Below are positions 35,873-46,137 of a DNA stretch of 64,000 bases, piece after piece. The position numbers were made by a program, and so were the translations under genes. The notes under the pieces were generated by a model, which saw nothing but the letters and a program-made list of their open reading frames with translations, had not been told where the DNA came from and made no database searches. Location: contig CAMDBP010000003.1 of assembly GCA_945889315.1 (NCBI GenBank), forward strand, positions 326 through 64,325, read 5' to 3'. Positions within the stretch are counted from its first letter, which is position 1; the number at the start of each line of letters is the position of its first letter. Source of the stretch: Chitinophaga pinensis. Its GTDB lineage: Bacteria; Bacteroidota; Bacteroidia; NS11-12g; UBA9320.

Positions 35873-37382
35873 AGGAATAAAGAGTTATGTCCTTATCTTG
35901 ATGTACAATGGTACACCGGCTGAAAAACGCTGGCTGGTCTGCTGCAAAATCCTCACAGTATTGAGTTCTACATAGTATGTGAGATGGTTTTAATATGGGA
36001 AAGTAATACAACATTGGACTTTCATCCCTTTTCATTTCTTCATCATTGAAAACGGCTCCTTTTCTGCCTGCATATATCAAAGACCAGTTAGGTTCCATAT
36101 TGTAAAGCGAGAAGATAAGGTTCTCTTTGGGCACATGCGCATCAACTACTTGTTTAGCCCCCAATATCCAATTTCGGTTATACGGCTCAGGATGCCCGTC
36201 TATGTGTACAATTTCGCTCATACGCTCAAAATACTTGCTGTTCCCTTTTGAAAAAGTAAGTACAGCGAGCAAAATACCGACAATTAATGCGGTACGAGGT
36301 TGAACATAAGGTAAAAAATAGGCCAATGCTTTTAGGGTAAAGTAGATTATGACGGGCATAAAGGTCGCAATTACATAATAGTCATGGTTCATAAACTGAA
36401 CCCCGAAAAGTATCGTCAGACTAACTAATCCAAGTAGCAAGATTAGGGCTATTCTCCAATTAATGTTGGTTGTAATTTCGTTGCGTTTATGCCAAATACC
36501 AAGGATGCCTAGTCCCAAAATAACCCACCATTGAGGCTTACTAAAGTACTCATATCTAAATCGGCTTGCAGTATCAATCACATTCGTAAATTGTCCCCAA
36601 TTCGTTACCGGAACAAATTCCGTTAAAAAGACGGTTGACCATAATTCTTTACTCCTAAGATGAACAAAATGGAAATCGTAATAGACTATACCACAGGCTA
36701 TAGCGGCAAATAGTACTATGGCTGCACCCCACTTTATGTTTATCTTCTTGCCCACTTGTAACACATATAGTCCCATAAAGCCAATACCGTAAATACCTGA
36801 AGAAGTCTTAACCAGCATCGCTAAACCACTTAGCAGTAGAATCCACAGAATATGCTGTTGGAAATCGCGTTCTAGCAAAAGAAAACAAAGTAAAACTAGG
36901 CTTAGGGCCATTATATCTGGCAAGAAATTGTACCCGTAATACAGCAAGAGGGGAGAGCTTATAACGAAAATTAAGAGCACACTTTTAATCCATACGTTTT
37001 CCTTGCTCAGTAATGAAAAAACCAAGGCAAACAAGGAACTAAAAAAAATGAGAAACGTACCAAATCGAAGCAAAAAGTACACATAGTTTTCAGGAACTCC
37101 CATGCGAAGTAGTTGTGCTATACCGTATTGAAAACCACTAAATTCTACGCCCGTATTACCATCTGGGGTTTTCATGCTGTACGTTGCGGCATCTAGCAGT
37201 TCTTTTCCGTCTGCATACCTCAAGCACACGGCAACTCTATCTGCCTGAGCCCATTGATGAATACCACGTGGACCATCATTTAGATAGGGCAAATAAGTGA
37301 ATAAAAATACAAATGCAGCTAAAATGACATAAGAAGTAGCCGATGATTGGGCTCGTGTTATGGTTTTACGCTTGAGATACAA
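35862..37382 (-). CDS. polytopic ArnT/PMT-like (GT39/GT83-type) membrane glycosyltransferase
   Basis: About 11 TM helices and a soluble C-terminal domain. TTG start. The family call is tentative. Confidence 0.5.
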   Translation of the reverse strand: MYLKRKTITRAQSSATSYVILAAFVFLFTYLPYLNDGPRGIHQWAQADRVAVCLRYADGKELLDAATYSMKTPDGNTGVEFSGFQYGIAQLLRMGVPENYVYFLLRFGTFLIFFSSLFALVFSLLSKENVWIKSVLLIFVISSPLLLYYGYNFLPDIMALSLVLLCFLLLERDFQQHILWILLLSGLAMLVKTSSGIYGIGFMGLYVLQVGKKINIKWGAAIVLFAAIACGIVYYDFHFVHLRSKELWSTVFLTEFVPVTNWGQFTNVIDTASRFRYEYFSKPQWWVILGLGILGIWHKRNEITTNINWRIALILLLGLVSLTILFGVQFMNHDYYVIATFMPVIIYFTLKALAYFLPYVQPRTALIVGILLAVLTFSKGNSKYFERMSEIVHIDGHPEPYNRNWILGAKQVVDAHVPKENLIFSLYNMEPNWSLIYAGRKGAVFNDEEMKRDESPMLYYFPILKPSHILCRTQYCEDFAADQPAFFSRCTIVHQDKDITLYSYGY

Positions 37383-37587
37383 TACTTTTGTTCTATATGC
37401 CTTGGGTAAAAAGCTATTTTATGACATTTGTCTTGCTGCTTTTATGCTGTTATACGGTCAAAGGTAAGAATGCAGACCAAAATATATCCAAAAAAGATAC
37501 TGCGGCGCAAAAAATAATGAGTCACTTGTTGTCTAGTTCTCTTTTTGAGCTCCGTTCATAAGATTAGGTTGACAAAGATAACCTTAG

Positions 37588-38052
37588 TTATTTAGTCCAA
37601 AGCTTATTGGTTGATACACCATGACAACTGTTGCACTGTCCATTTGAAATGGTAGTGCTCATGTGCTGCGTAATGGTACTTCCTTTTATGCTAGGATATA
37701 AGCCCCCACTATAATTAATTGCTTCGGTGGTGTAAAAATTACCTAATCCGTCTACGATAATTGTACCCCGCAGATTTCCTGTAGAATTAGGGCCTGTGTA
37801 AAGTTCTACGGTTCCACTTTTTAACGTAGCCGTTCCTGCTTCATTGTAAACGGTACCAGCAGCATTAAACCAACCTTTACCTTCACCGCCAGATTTGTGA
37901 CAGTTCATACAGTTTTGGCCCATATTGTGACTCTCGGTTTCGCCTGCAGCGCTAATATTAGTAACGCTTGCTCCTTTTTCTTTCTCGCAGGATTGCATGG
38001 AGACCATACCTAGTATAGCCATTAGCATAATAGTGATAATGTTTCTTTTCAT
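37588..38052 (-). CDS. lipoprotein with two CxxCH heme-c motifs
   Basis: Lipobox ...VSMQSC, plus CMNCH and CNSCH motifs. It is the last gene of the RND operon, 11 nt after the adaptor gene. Confidence 0.6.
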   Translation of the reverse strand: MKRNIITIMLMAILGMVSMQSCEKEKGASVTNISAAGETESHNMGQNCMNCHKSGGEGKGWFNAAGTVYNEAGTATLKSGTVELYTGPNSTGNLRGTIIVDGLGNFYTTEAINYSGGLYPSIKGSTITQHMSTTISNGQCNSCHGVSTNKLWTK

Positions 38053-38063
38053 TTGTTTTTTAG

Positions 38064-39185
38064 TTATTCTGTTATTAGATCGAAAGCTCCTTTGCTTAAG
38101 ACTTGGTCTTCTTCTTTAATTCCTTCTAAATGCACGTATCCATTGCTTTTGTCCAGTATGGTTACTTCCTTTTTTTCAAAATTATACGATTTGGCATTCT
38201 TTTCCTTCAAGCGTAAAACGTAAAATTTACCTTCTATTTCGATGACACTGCTTTCGGGCACGCCCAGTTCATTGTTGGCTTCTGTTATGATTTCTGCTTC
38301 TACAAACATTCCAGGGTACATGTTCTTCAATTCGTCAGAATTGTCGATGTGTCCGTGAACGCTGATGGCTCCTGCACCTTGGGTTACTGCTCTGCTTACC
38401 AAATACACTTCGCCGCCTAATTCTTTAGAGCTTCCTGCAAATTTATAATGGATCTTTTGCCCTTTTACAACCTTTAGTATGTCCTTTTCAAATACCATTA
38501 TTTCGACATGTAAGTGCTCTGTATTGGTAATGATTAGGGCAACTTCATTTGGACTCAAGACTTTACCTTGGCTTACATTGATACTGCTTACGTATCCCGA
38601 AATAGGGGCTGTAATGCGTATAGATGAATGTAGGTTAGAGTTGTCTAACGAAGCGGTACTAATTCCCATCAAGCTCAACTTCTTTTTTAACGCTTCATAC
38701 CTGGTACTTGTAACACCGTAATCTGATTTGGCTTTAAGGTAGTTTTTCTGTGCAGAAATATTCTCATTTGCCAAGGTTTTTTGGCGATCGTATTCGCTCT
38801 TTAAATAGGCTAACTGTTCTTTTGCCTCCAGAAAATCTTGCTGCATTTGCAAGTATTCTGGGTTTTCTAAAACAAATAATAATTGTCCTTTGGTTACAAA
38901 CTCACCTTCAATAAGCTTTATTCCTTTCACATATCCTTGATAGTAGGTGCTAATTGATGCCATAAATTCAGGCGGAACATCCACTTTCCCCGTACACTTA
39001 ATGGTAGATGTAAAGGCTTGGGTTTGGGGTGAAGCTAAGCTAAGTTGATTTGCTTCAAATTGCGCATTGCTCACTTCGATAAGCGATGAAGTACTGACGT
39101 TATTTTCATCACTCGTAGGATTTTCGCTACTAGAACAAGCAGCAAATAGTCCGATTATAGCTATGGAATAGATTAATTTATTCAT
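38064..39185 (-). CDS. efflux RND periplasmic adaptor (MFP/HlyD family)
   Basis: Lipoprotein signal with coiled-coil, barrel-sandwich and beta-barrel pattern. It starts 5 nt after the RND gene. Confidence 0.85.
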   Translation of the reverse strand: MNKLIYSIAIIGLFAACSSSENPTSDENNVSTSSLIEVSNAQFEANQLSLASPQTQAFTSTIKCTGKVDVPPEFMASISTYYQGYVKGIKLIEGEFVTKGQLLFVLENPEYLQMQQDFLEAKEQLAYLKSEYDRQKTLANENISAQKNYLKAKSDYGVTSTRYEALKKKLSLMGISTASLDNSNLHSSIRITAPISGYVSSINVSQGKVLSPNEVALIITNTEHLHVEIMVFEKDILKVVKGQKIHYKFAGSSKELGGEVYLVSRAVTQGAGAISVHGHIDNSDELKNMYPGMFVEAEIITEANNELGVPESSVIEIEGKFYVLRLKEKNAKSYNFEKKEVTILDKSNGYVHLEGIKEEDQVLSKGAFDLITE

Positions 39186-39190
39186 TCTTT

Positions 39191-42100
39191 TTAATTAAGA
39201 TATTGGATTGAGATTACGATTTGATTGTAATCCGATACGTTTTGTATATAATTTAATTCTAGAGACTTAGCGTGATCTAAACTCTGTATTAAGGTCATGT
39301 AACCTATTTCGCCTTCCTCGTAAGAACGCATGGCTGTTGTCCATATAGCGTCCGCTAATGACTTAGTGTTGGTTTCATACAAGGTCAACGCGGCATCCTT
39401 CATGCGCAATTGTTCTTGGAGTATTTGCTGTTGGTTTTGATACTGTAAAATGTAATTCTCTTCTACCAGTGCCATCCGTTTAAGTTCTAGTTTGGCAGTT
39501 TTAATTTCTGCTTTTTGAACTCCGTAGAATAAAGGAATGGCAATTCCTGCCTGAACACCTCTATACAACTTGTCCATAGGAGCATACGGAGCGTTATTAC
39601 TGCCTTGAAAATAAGAAGCTTGCAAATCAGGTAGTAGTTGTTGCTTGCTCACGCCTAGTTTCTTTTGAGCCTCATTATCCAAGCTAGAGATTAATGAATG
39701 CATTGGTGTAGATGTAACCTCCGTAGTTAGTTGAGTACTTTTGGTTAACGATTGTTCCGGTATGTCATATCTGTCATTGGTTTGAAGCCATGTGTTGAGT
39801 TCGAGTAACCTAGCACGCAAAACGGCCTCCGATTGGGCTAGTTTTGTATGTTGATCTTGAAACTTACTTTCGGCCATTAAGCTTTCTAAGTTATTGATTT
39901 CACCTAGCTCATAACGACGTTTAGCAGCGGTGCTAAAATGCGCGTACATGCTATCGATATAACGGTTTAACCTCACTTCTTCTTTGGCAGTCAGGATGCG
40001 ATTGTAAACAAGTGTTATTTCTTTTTTAAGTTCAAACACATTCAAAGCCTTGTGTGCATTTTGGGTTTTTACGACGGCTTCGTTTAGTTGTCTCGTTTTA
40101 TGATATAACGTAGGAAAAGCGGATTGTTGACTCACGCCCCATACTTGAATAGCCACACCATTTTCAGCAATATTATTGGCGTCTTGGTTGTAGTAAAGAT
40201 TGGTCTTATCCGGCCTTAATGTTGTTTGTGCCTCTGCTTTGGCTATTTGCACGTCGTTCTGCGCTAAATCTTTATTGTTACTTAACGCTATGGTTATTGC
40301 TTGGTCCAAGCTAATAACCTTTTGTTCTTGCGCATTCAACGACAATCCTATACCTAACAAGGCTAACACCATCATAGGCTTTTTAGCCAGCTTAAAACTG
40401 CGTTCTTCAAAAATGCTGTACAGCACCGGAATTACAAAAAGGGTAAGTATGGTAGCGGTAAATAATCCTCCAATAACGACGGTTGCCAGCGGTCGTTGTA
40501 CTTCGGCGCCTGCCAAAGTAGAAAGCGCCATAGGTAAAAATCCTAAGGCTGCGGCCATAGCAGTAAGCAATACTGGGCGCAATCGCATAATAGTACCCGC
40601 AATAACTCTTTCATTTGTGTTCATATCTGTTGTGTTTTTAAGTTCTCTAAATTCTTCTATCAGTACGATGCCATTCAGCACAGCAATGCCAAATAAAGCG
40701 ATAAAACCAACCCCCGCCGAAATACTAAAAGGCAAGTCTCGGAGATATAGAAATAACACGCCACCCACTGCCGACAGTGGAACTGCGGTAAATACCAGCA
40801 GGGCTTCTTTGATGGTACCTAAGGCAAAAAATAAGAGTATAAAAATAAGCAAAAGAGCAATCGGAACTACAATGGTTAATCGCTTAGTTGCGTTTTGTAA
40901 GTTTTCAAACTGACCTCCGTACTCTACCGCGTATCCTGGCGGTAATTTAATATTGGCACGTATCAAGGCTTGCACGTCCACCACTACGGATTCAAGATCA
41001 CGATTTCGTACGTTCACACCTATTACAATTCTTCGCTTGGTGTCATCTCGAGATATTTTAGCAGGACCTTTGGCATAACTAACTTCAGCTACTTGGTTTA
41101 TGGGTATTTTCATTCCATCGGATGCAGTTATATAGGTGTTAGCTAAATCTGCAATTTCATTACGCTCTACTTCGGCATTACGCACCACCAGGTCAAATCG
41201 GCGTTCGCCTTCAAACACAACGCCTGCTTTTTTTCCAGCAAAAGCCGCTTCTATGGCATAATTTACCTCGTCTGCACTAAGTCCGTACCTCGCAATTGCT
41301 GCTCTATCTAGCTTTACACTCATCTGAGGTAGGCCTGCTACTTTTTCTACGCTAATATCTGCAGCGCCTTCCACGTGTTCAATCAACTTCTTAATTTGAG
41401 CAGCCTTAGCAGAAAGTATATCTAAATCTTCTCCAAAAATTTTGATAGCTAAATCCGATCGGGTTCCTGTTATGAGCTCATTAAAACGCATTTCAATGGG
41501 TTGCGTAAATTCAAACTCGACACCGGGAATGGCGATTAATTTGGCCTTAAATGCATCCGCTAGTTCATCTTTGGATGCTGCAGTAGTCCATGTTTTTTTA
41601 GGTTTTAGTTTGATAATCACGTCACTTTCTTCCATACTCATGGGGTCTGTTGGGACTTCGGCAGCCCCTATCCGCGAAACCGTCTGTTCTACTTCAGGAA
41701 ACGTTGCGAGTATTTTCTCGATTTGTGTGGTTATTTCGATGGTTTTACTCAAAGACGTTCCCGTTTTTAAAACAGGTTGTATTACAAAGTCGCCTTCATC
41801 CAAGGTAGGTACAAATTCACCTCCCATTCTGCTAAACAATACGCCCGTCAATAAAAGCATAACCATTGCCGAAGTAAGTAAGGTTTTCTTATGGCTCAAG
41901 CACCATACAATAGCTGGTCTGTAGGTGTTTTCTATGGCGCGCATCATTCGTCTGTTGAATGAGTTTGGATTATCTTTTTCTGGCTTAAGTAATAGGGAAG
42001 AGGCAACAGGAACGTACGTGAAACACAGTATCATCGCTCCAATTAGTGCAAAACAAAATGCCAGCGCCATAGGAACAAACATCTTTCCTTCCACCCCTGA

Positions 42101-43510
42101 AAGCGATAAAATAGGTAAAAACACAATGATGATAATAAGCTGACCGAATATGGCAGAGTTCATCATTTTACTAGCTCCTTTTGCGGTTATTTTGACGGTT
42201 TCTTCTCTGGCTTCTGCAGGTGCTAACGTAGACAGGTATGATCGTGATGATGTCAATTTAAAAGCAATAAATTCGACGATAATAACGGCTCCGTCTATGA
42301 TAATTCCGAAGTCAATTGCCCCTAAACTCATCAGGTTAGCGTCTATCCCAAAGATGTACATCAAGGAAAATGCAAAGAATAAACACAACGGAATAACCGA
42401 AGCCACCACTAAACCACTGCGCCAGCTGCCCAGCATTAAGATCACAACAAAGAGTACGATTAGGAACCCTAAAATAAGATTTTCGGTTACGGTAAATGTT
42501 GTTTTTGCAATAAGCTCACTTCGCTCTACTATTGGATTTATGAATACGCCTTCTGGTAAGGTTTTTTGCGTTACTGCAACACGTGCTTTTACCGCATCCA
42601 TTACCACATTGGCATTGGCGCCTTTCAGCATCATAATTTGGCCCATTACTTTCTCGCCTTCACCGTTAGCAGTAATTGCCCCAAAACGGGGAGAAACCCC
42701 TAATTGTACTTTTGCAATGTCACGAATGAGGACAGGAGTCCCGTTTCTGTTGGTGACAACAATTTCTGCAATTTGACTTATGTCGCTAATTAAGCCCTCT
42801 CCGCGTATAAAGTAACTCTCGTTGTTGCGCTCGATATAACCACCACCGGTAACCGAGTTGTTTGATTCTAAGGCATGAAATACATCTGAAATACTCAGAT
42901 TCATACTATTGAGTTGGCCGGGAATAACAGCCACTTCGTATTGTTTTAGTTGACCTCCCCACGTATTTACTTCTACCACTCCAGGTATTCCTGATAGTTG
43001 GCGTTTTACCACCCAATCTTGCAAAGTGCGCAACTCCATAATAGAATACTTGTCTGCATATCCCGGTTTAGTATCCAGAATATATTGATAGATTTCACCT
43101 AAACCAGTGCTAACCGGTCCCATAAAAGGCGTACCAAATCCTGCAGGAATTTTTTCAGAGGCACTGGCAATTTTTTCGGCAATAAGCTGGCGTGGTAAGT
43201 AGGTTCCTAAGTCTTCGTCGAAAACGATGGTTACTACCGACAACCCAAATTTAGAAACCGAGCGAATTTCTTCAACACCGGGCAAATTTGCCATTTCGAG
43301 CTCAACAGGCGCAGTAATAAATTGTTCTACATCGGCCGTTGATAGATTTTTGGATGTAGTAATTACCTGTACTTGATTATTGGTAATATCGGGCACAGCA
43401 CCAATAGGTATTTGGGTTATGGAAAATATCCCAAATACGGTTATAAACAGAACTAAAAGTCCTATGATTAATTTGTTGTTTAAAGAAAACTGAATGATCT
43501 TATCTAACAT
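39191..43510 (-). CDS. CusA/CzcA-family heavy-metal RND pump fused in frame to a TolC-like outer-membrane factor
   Basis: Residues 1-~1045 are a 12-TM CzcA-like pump (MLDKIIQFSLNNK...). Residues 1046-1439 begin MMVLALLGIGLSLNAQEQKVISLDQAITIALSNNKDL, which is an OMF N-terminus. Confidence 0.9.
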   Translation of the reverse strand: MLDKIIQFSLNNKLIIGLLVLFITVFGIFSITQIPIGAVPDITNNQVQVITTSKNLSTADVEQFITAPVELEMANLPGVEEIRSVSKFGLSVVTIVFDEDLGTYLPRQLIAEKIASASEKIPAGFGTPFMGPVSTGLGEIYQYILDTKPGYADKYSIMELRTLQDWVVKRQLSGIPGVVEVNTWGGQLKQYEVAVIPGQLNSMNLSISDVFHALESNNSVTGGGYIERNNESYFIRGEGLISDISQIAEIVVTNRNGTPVLIRDIAKVQLGVSPRFGAITANGEGEKVMGQIMMLKGANANVVMDAVKARVAVTQKTLPEGVFINPIVERSELIAKTTFTVTENLILGFLIVLFVVILMLGSWRSGLVVASVIPLCLFFAFSLMYIFGIDANLMSLGAIDFGIIIDGAVIIVEFIAFKLTSSRSYLSTLAPAEAREETVKITAKGASKMMNSAIFGQLIIIIVFLPILSLSGVEGKMFVPMALAFCFALIGAMILCFTYVPVASSLLLKPEKDNPNSFNRRMMRAIENTYRPAIVWCLSHKKTLLTSAMVMLLLTGVLFSRMGGEFVPTLDEGDFVIQPVLKTGTSLSKTIEITTQIEKILATFPEVEQTVSRIGAAEVPTDPMSMEESDVIIKLKPKKTWTTAASKDELADAFKAKLIAIPGVEFEFTQPIEMRFNELITGTRSDLAIKIFGEDLDILSAKAAQIKKLIEHVEGAADISVEKVAGLPQMSVKLDRAAIARYGLSADEVNYAIEAAFAGKKAGVVFEGERRFDLVVRNAEVERNEIADLANTYITASDGMKIPINQVAEVSYAKGPAKISRDDTKRRIVIGVNVRNRDLESVVVDVQALIRANIKLPPGYAVEYGGQFENLQNATKRLTIVVPIALLLIFILLFFALGTIKEALLVFTAVPLSAVGGVLFLYLRDLPFSISAGVGFIALFGIAVLNGIVLIEEFRELKNTTDMNTNERVIAGTIMRLRPVLLTAMAAALGFLPMALSTLAGAEVQRPLATVVIGGLFTATILTLFVIPVLYSIFEERSFKLAKKPMMVLALLGIGLSLNAQEQKVISLDQAITIALSNNKDLAQNDVQIAKAEAQTTLRPDKTNLYYNQDANNIAENGVAIQVWGVSQQSAFPTLYHKTRQLNEAVVKTQNAHKALNVFELKKEITLVYNRILTAKEEVRLNRYIDSMYAHFSTAAKRRYELGEINNLESLMAESKFQDQHTKLAQSEAVLRARLLELNTWLQTNDRYDIPEQSLTKSTQLTTEVTSTPMHSLISSLDNEAQKKLGVSKQQLLPDLQASYFQGSNNAPYAPMDKLYRGVQAGIAIPLFYGVQKAEIKTAKLELKRMALVEENYILQYQNQQQILQEQLRMKDAALTLYETNTKSLADAIWTTAMRSYEEGEIGYMTLIQSLDHAKSLELNYIQNVSDYNQIVISIQYLN

Positions 43511-43594
43511 TATTTTTTTGATTTTTTAATACGTATTAAAGTGCTCAAGACGGATTTCGTCCTTTGGAAAAAGAGCTAATGTATGCGAGCGGAA

Positions 43595-43927
43595 TTATGC
43601 TGTAGGCGGGCCTCGAAACGATGTTTCGTTCCAAAAATACTCAGAAGGAGAATGCCAGTCTGATACTAAATAATACGCATTGGTAATGGATTGCTCTGGA
43701 AGGAGGGCTAAATCCGGAATCAAATAGGTGAGATGAGCAATCATAGGAGCCGAGAGCGTTACTTCAGTTGTCTTCTCAAAATTTTCAAGATGATCGCCAC
43801 CCATATCCAAATGAAATGCCAGTTGTAAGTATTCCAAAACATTGCTAGCTACTTGATGTTCAATGCTATGCTCCATATCATCCATTTCTGAGTGATGCTG
43901 GTGCGGCAAGGTATTGTGTATAAGCAC
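43595..43927 (-). CDS. His/Asp/Glu-rich small protein upstream of the RND operon
   Basis: HNTLPHQHHSEMDDMEHSIEH. The GTG start at 43927 is doubtful. An upstream in-frame segment, KTLKYILLFVAASIV, looks like its signal peptide. Confidence 0.5.
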   Translation of the reverse strand: MLIHNTLPHQHHSEMDDMEHSIEHQVASNVLEYLQLAFHLDMGGDHLENFEKTTEVTLSAPMIAHLTYLIPDLALLPEQSITNAYYLVSDWHSPSEYFWNETSFRGPPTA

Positions 43928-44160
43928 AATGCTAGCAGCTACAAAAAGTAATATGTATTTGAGCGTTTTGATCGTGCAAAGATAGATTTATTTGAATAGT
44001 ACGGATAAACGTTATGTTTAAAAATACATGGGTCATAAATTGCAACTGTTACGGCATATAGATGCAGTTTACTGTTTATCCCAGATCCCTCCGCCACTTT
44101 GTCACCTTCTTTCCTTTGGTCTATACTTTGATAGTTAGAGGCTAAACACAATAATATAGT

Positions 44161-45966
44161 ATGCAAAAAGGAAAAGTTTCAGTAAACACGGAGAATATCT
44201 TCCCGATTATCAAGAAATTTCTTTACACAGATAATGAGATTTTCTTGAGAGAATTAATCTCAAATGCCACCGACGCTAGTAACAAACTACGCGTGCTTAG
44301 TCAACGTGGCGAGGCTGCAGGAGACATAAGTGAATTAAAGATTACCGTTACCCTTAATGAGGACAAAAAGACCTTAACCATTAGTGATAATGGAATAGGT
44401 ATGACGGCCGAAGAGATTGATAAATACATCAATCAAATTGCATTTTCGGGTGCAGAAGAATTTGTAGAAAAATTTAAAGATACCAAAGCAGATGCCAATA
44501 TTATCGGCCATTTTGGATTAGGATTTTACTCTAGTTTTATGGTGGCAGATACCGTAGAAATTGATTCGCTAAGTCATGCAGAAGGAGCAGAGCCTGCCAA
44601 ATGGACGTGCGAAGGGAGTACCGACTTTAAAATAACCAAAGGAAAGCGTAAAACGCGTGGCACAGACATCATTCTACATATTAACGAAGAAAGCAAAGAC
44701 TTTTTAGGCAAATGGAAAATTCAAGAATTACTTAACAAGTACTGTAAATTCTTACCTATTCCTATTGAGTTTGATGGTAAGGTGATAAATGAAATCGCAC
44801 CTCTTTGGAAAAAAAATCCAGCGGATTTAAAAGACGAAGATTACACTGATTTTTACACGCAGTTATACCCTATGAGTGAGCCTCCTTTATTCTGGATTCA
44901 CTTAAATGTAGATTACCCGTTTAACCTCACAGGAGTACTTTATTTCCCAAAAATCAAAAAGGAAATAGAGCCGAACAGAAATAAGATTCAACTGTATAGC
45001 AATCAAGTATACGTAACGGACAATGTAGAAGACATTGTACCTGAATACTTAATGTTATTGCACGGTGTAATTGATAGTCCGGATATACCGCTTAACGTAA
45101 GTAGAAGCAGCTTACAGTCTGATGGTGCGGTGAAGAAAATAACTAGCCATATCAGCAAAAAAGTAGCAGACAAATTAGCCGACTTACACAAAGCAGATTT
45201 TGAAGATTACAAGTCGAAATGGGAAAGCATCAGCATATTTGTAAAGTACGGTATGTTATCCGACGATAAGTTTTACGACAGAGCTAAAGGAATATGCTTA
45301 CTGCAAAATACTGAAAAAGAGTATTACAGCATTGATGAGTACATCGCTAAGATAGAACCAAACCAAACCGATAAAGATGGCAACAAGATTGGTTTGTATA
45401 CCAATGATGCCGACAAGCAACACAGTTATGTGGATGCAGCCATAAACAAAGGGTATGATGTACTGTTACTCGATGAGTTAATTGATAATCATTTCATAAG
45501 CAACCTAGAGCAGAAAAATGATAAGTTTCAACTTAAGCGTGTAGATGCGGACACGGCAGGTAAGCTTATTGACAAAGACGAAAAGAGCGAAAGCGTATTG
45601 AGCGAAGATGAGGTAACTAAATTAAAAGCAGCCTTTGAAGGGGTGGTGAACAAAGACAAGTACACCATCGTGTCTGAGGTAATGAGTCCAGAGGAAGCGT
45701 TTATCACCATAACACGCAGTGAGTGGGAGAGACGTATGAGTGAAATGGGCGGTATGGGCGGCATGCAGATGTTTGGGCAGATGCCAGAGAAATATTCGGT
45801 AGCGGTAAATACAAATCATGCTTTAGCCAATAAAGTACTCAAAGCAGAAGGTGAAGCACAAACAGAACTTTTAACCAAGTCTATTGATTTAGCCAAATTA
45901 TCACAGAATTTATTAACGGGTAAAGAGTTGACAGAGTTTGTGAAAAGACAAATGGCAACTTTATAG
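44161..45966 (+). CDS. htpG: molecular chaperone HtpG (Hsp90)
   Basis: ELISNATDA, ISDNGIGMT and GHFGLGFYSSFMVAD are GHKL ATPase motifs. Confidence 0.95.
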   Translation: MQKGKVSVNTENIFPIIKKFLYTDNEIFLRELISNATDASNKLRVLSQRGEAAGDISELKITVTLNEDKKTLTISDNGIGMTAEEIDKYINQIAFSGAEEFVEKFKDTKADANIIGHFGLGFYSSFMVADTVEIDSLSHAEGAEPAKWTCEGSTDFKITKGKRKTRGTDIILHINEESKDFLGKWKIQELLNKYCKFLPIPIEFDGKVINEIAPLWKKNPADLKDEDYTDFYTQLYPMSEPPLFWIHLNVDYPFNLTGVLYFPKIKKEIEPNRNKIQLYSNQVYVTDNVEDIVPEYLMLLHGVIDSPDIPLNVSRSSLQSDGAVKKITSHISKKVADKLADLHKADFEDYKSKWESISIFVKYGMLSDDKFYDRAKGICLLQNTEKEYYSIDEYIAKIEPNQTDKDGNKIGLYTNDADKQHSYVDAAINKGYDVLLLDELIDNHFISNLEQKNDKFQLKRVDADTAGKLIDKDEKSESVLSEDEVTKLKAAFEGVVNKDKYTIVSEVMSPEEAFITITRSEWERRMSEMGGMGGMQMFGQMPEKYSVAVNTNHALANKVLKAEGEAQTELLTKSIDLAKLSQNLLTGKELTEFVKRQMATL

Positions 45967-45992
45967 TATTTAGGTAAACCAAGACCTAAAAA

Positions 45993-46016
45993 GGTCTGCG
46001 AAAGCGGGCCTTTTTT
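45993..46016 (+). terminator. rho-independent terminator of htpG
   Basis: GGTCTGC-GAAA-GCGGGCC, a 7-bp stem with a GNRA loop, followed by T6. Confidence 0.8.
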
Positions 46017-46137
46017 ATGTCATTTTTTTCTAGTAGGATTTTGAAGCTAGTTAAGAATTAATCAAAGAACAAGGAGCCATCAGCAAAATATTGAGAAGTC
46101 GTTTCATTCCTGTAAAAATAAAATAACTTTGAACCTA

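Noticed and set aside
40200-42776. Plus-strand ORFs of 160-237 aa (40200..40913, 41442..41924, 41925..42143, 42150..42776)
   Set aside because: They are antisense shadows of the 1439-aa RND-OMF gene. They have low-complexity Ser/Ala/Ile-rich translations and no independent signals.
43939-44166. 75-aa minus-strand ORF overlapping the htpG start
   Set aside because: It lies in the htpG promoter/5' region and overlaps the htpG ATG. It has no motifs and is likely spurious.
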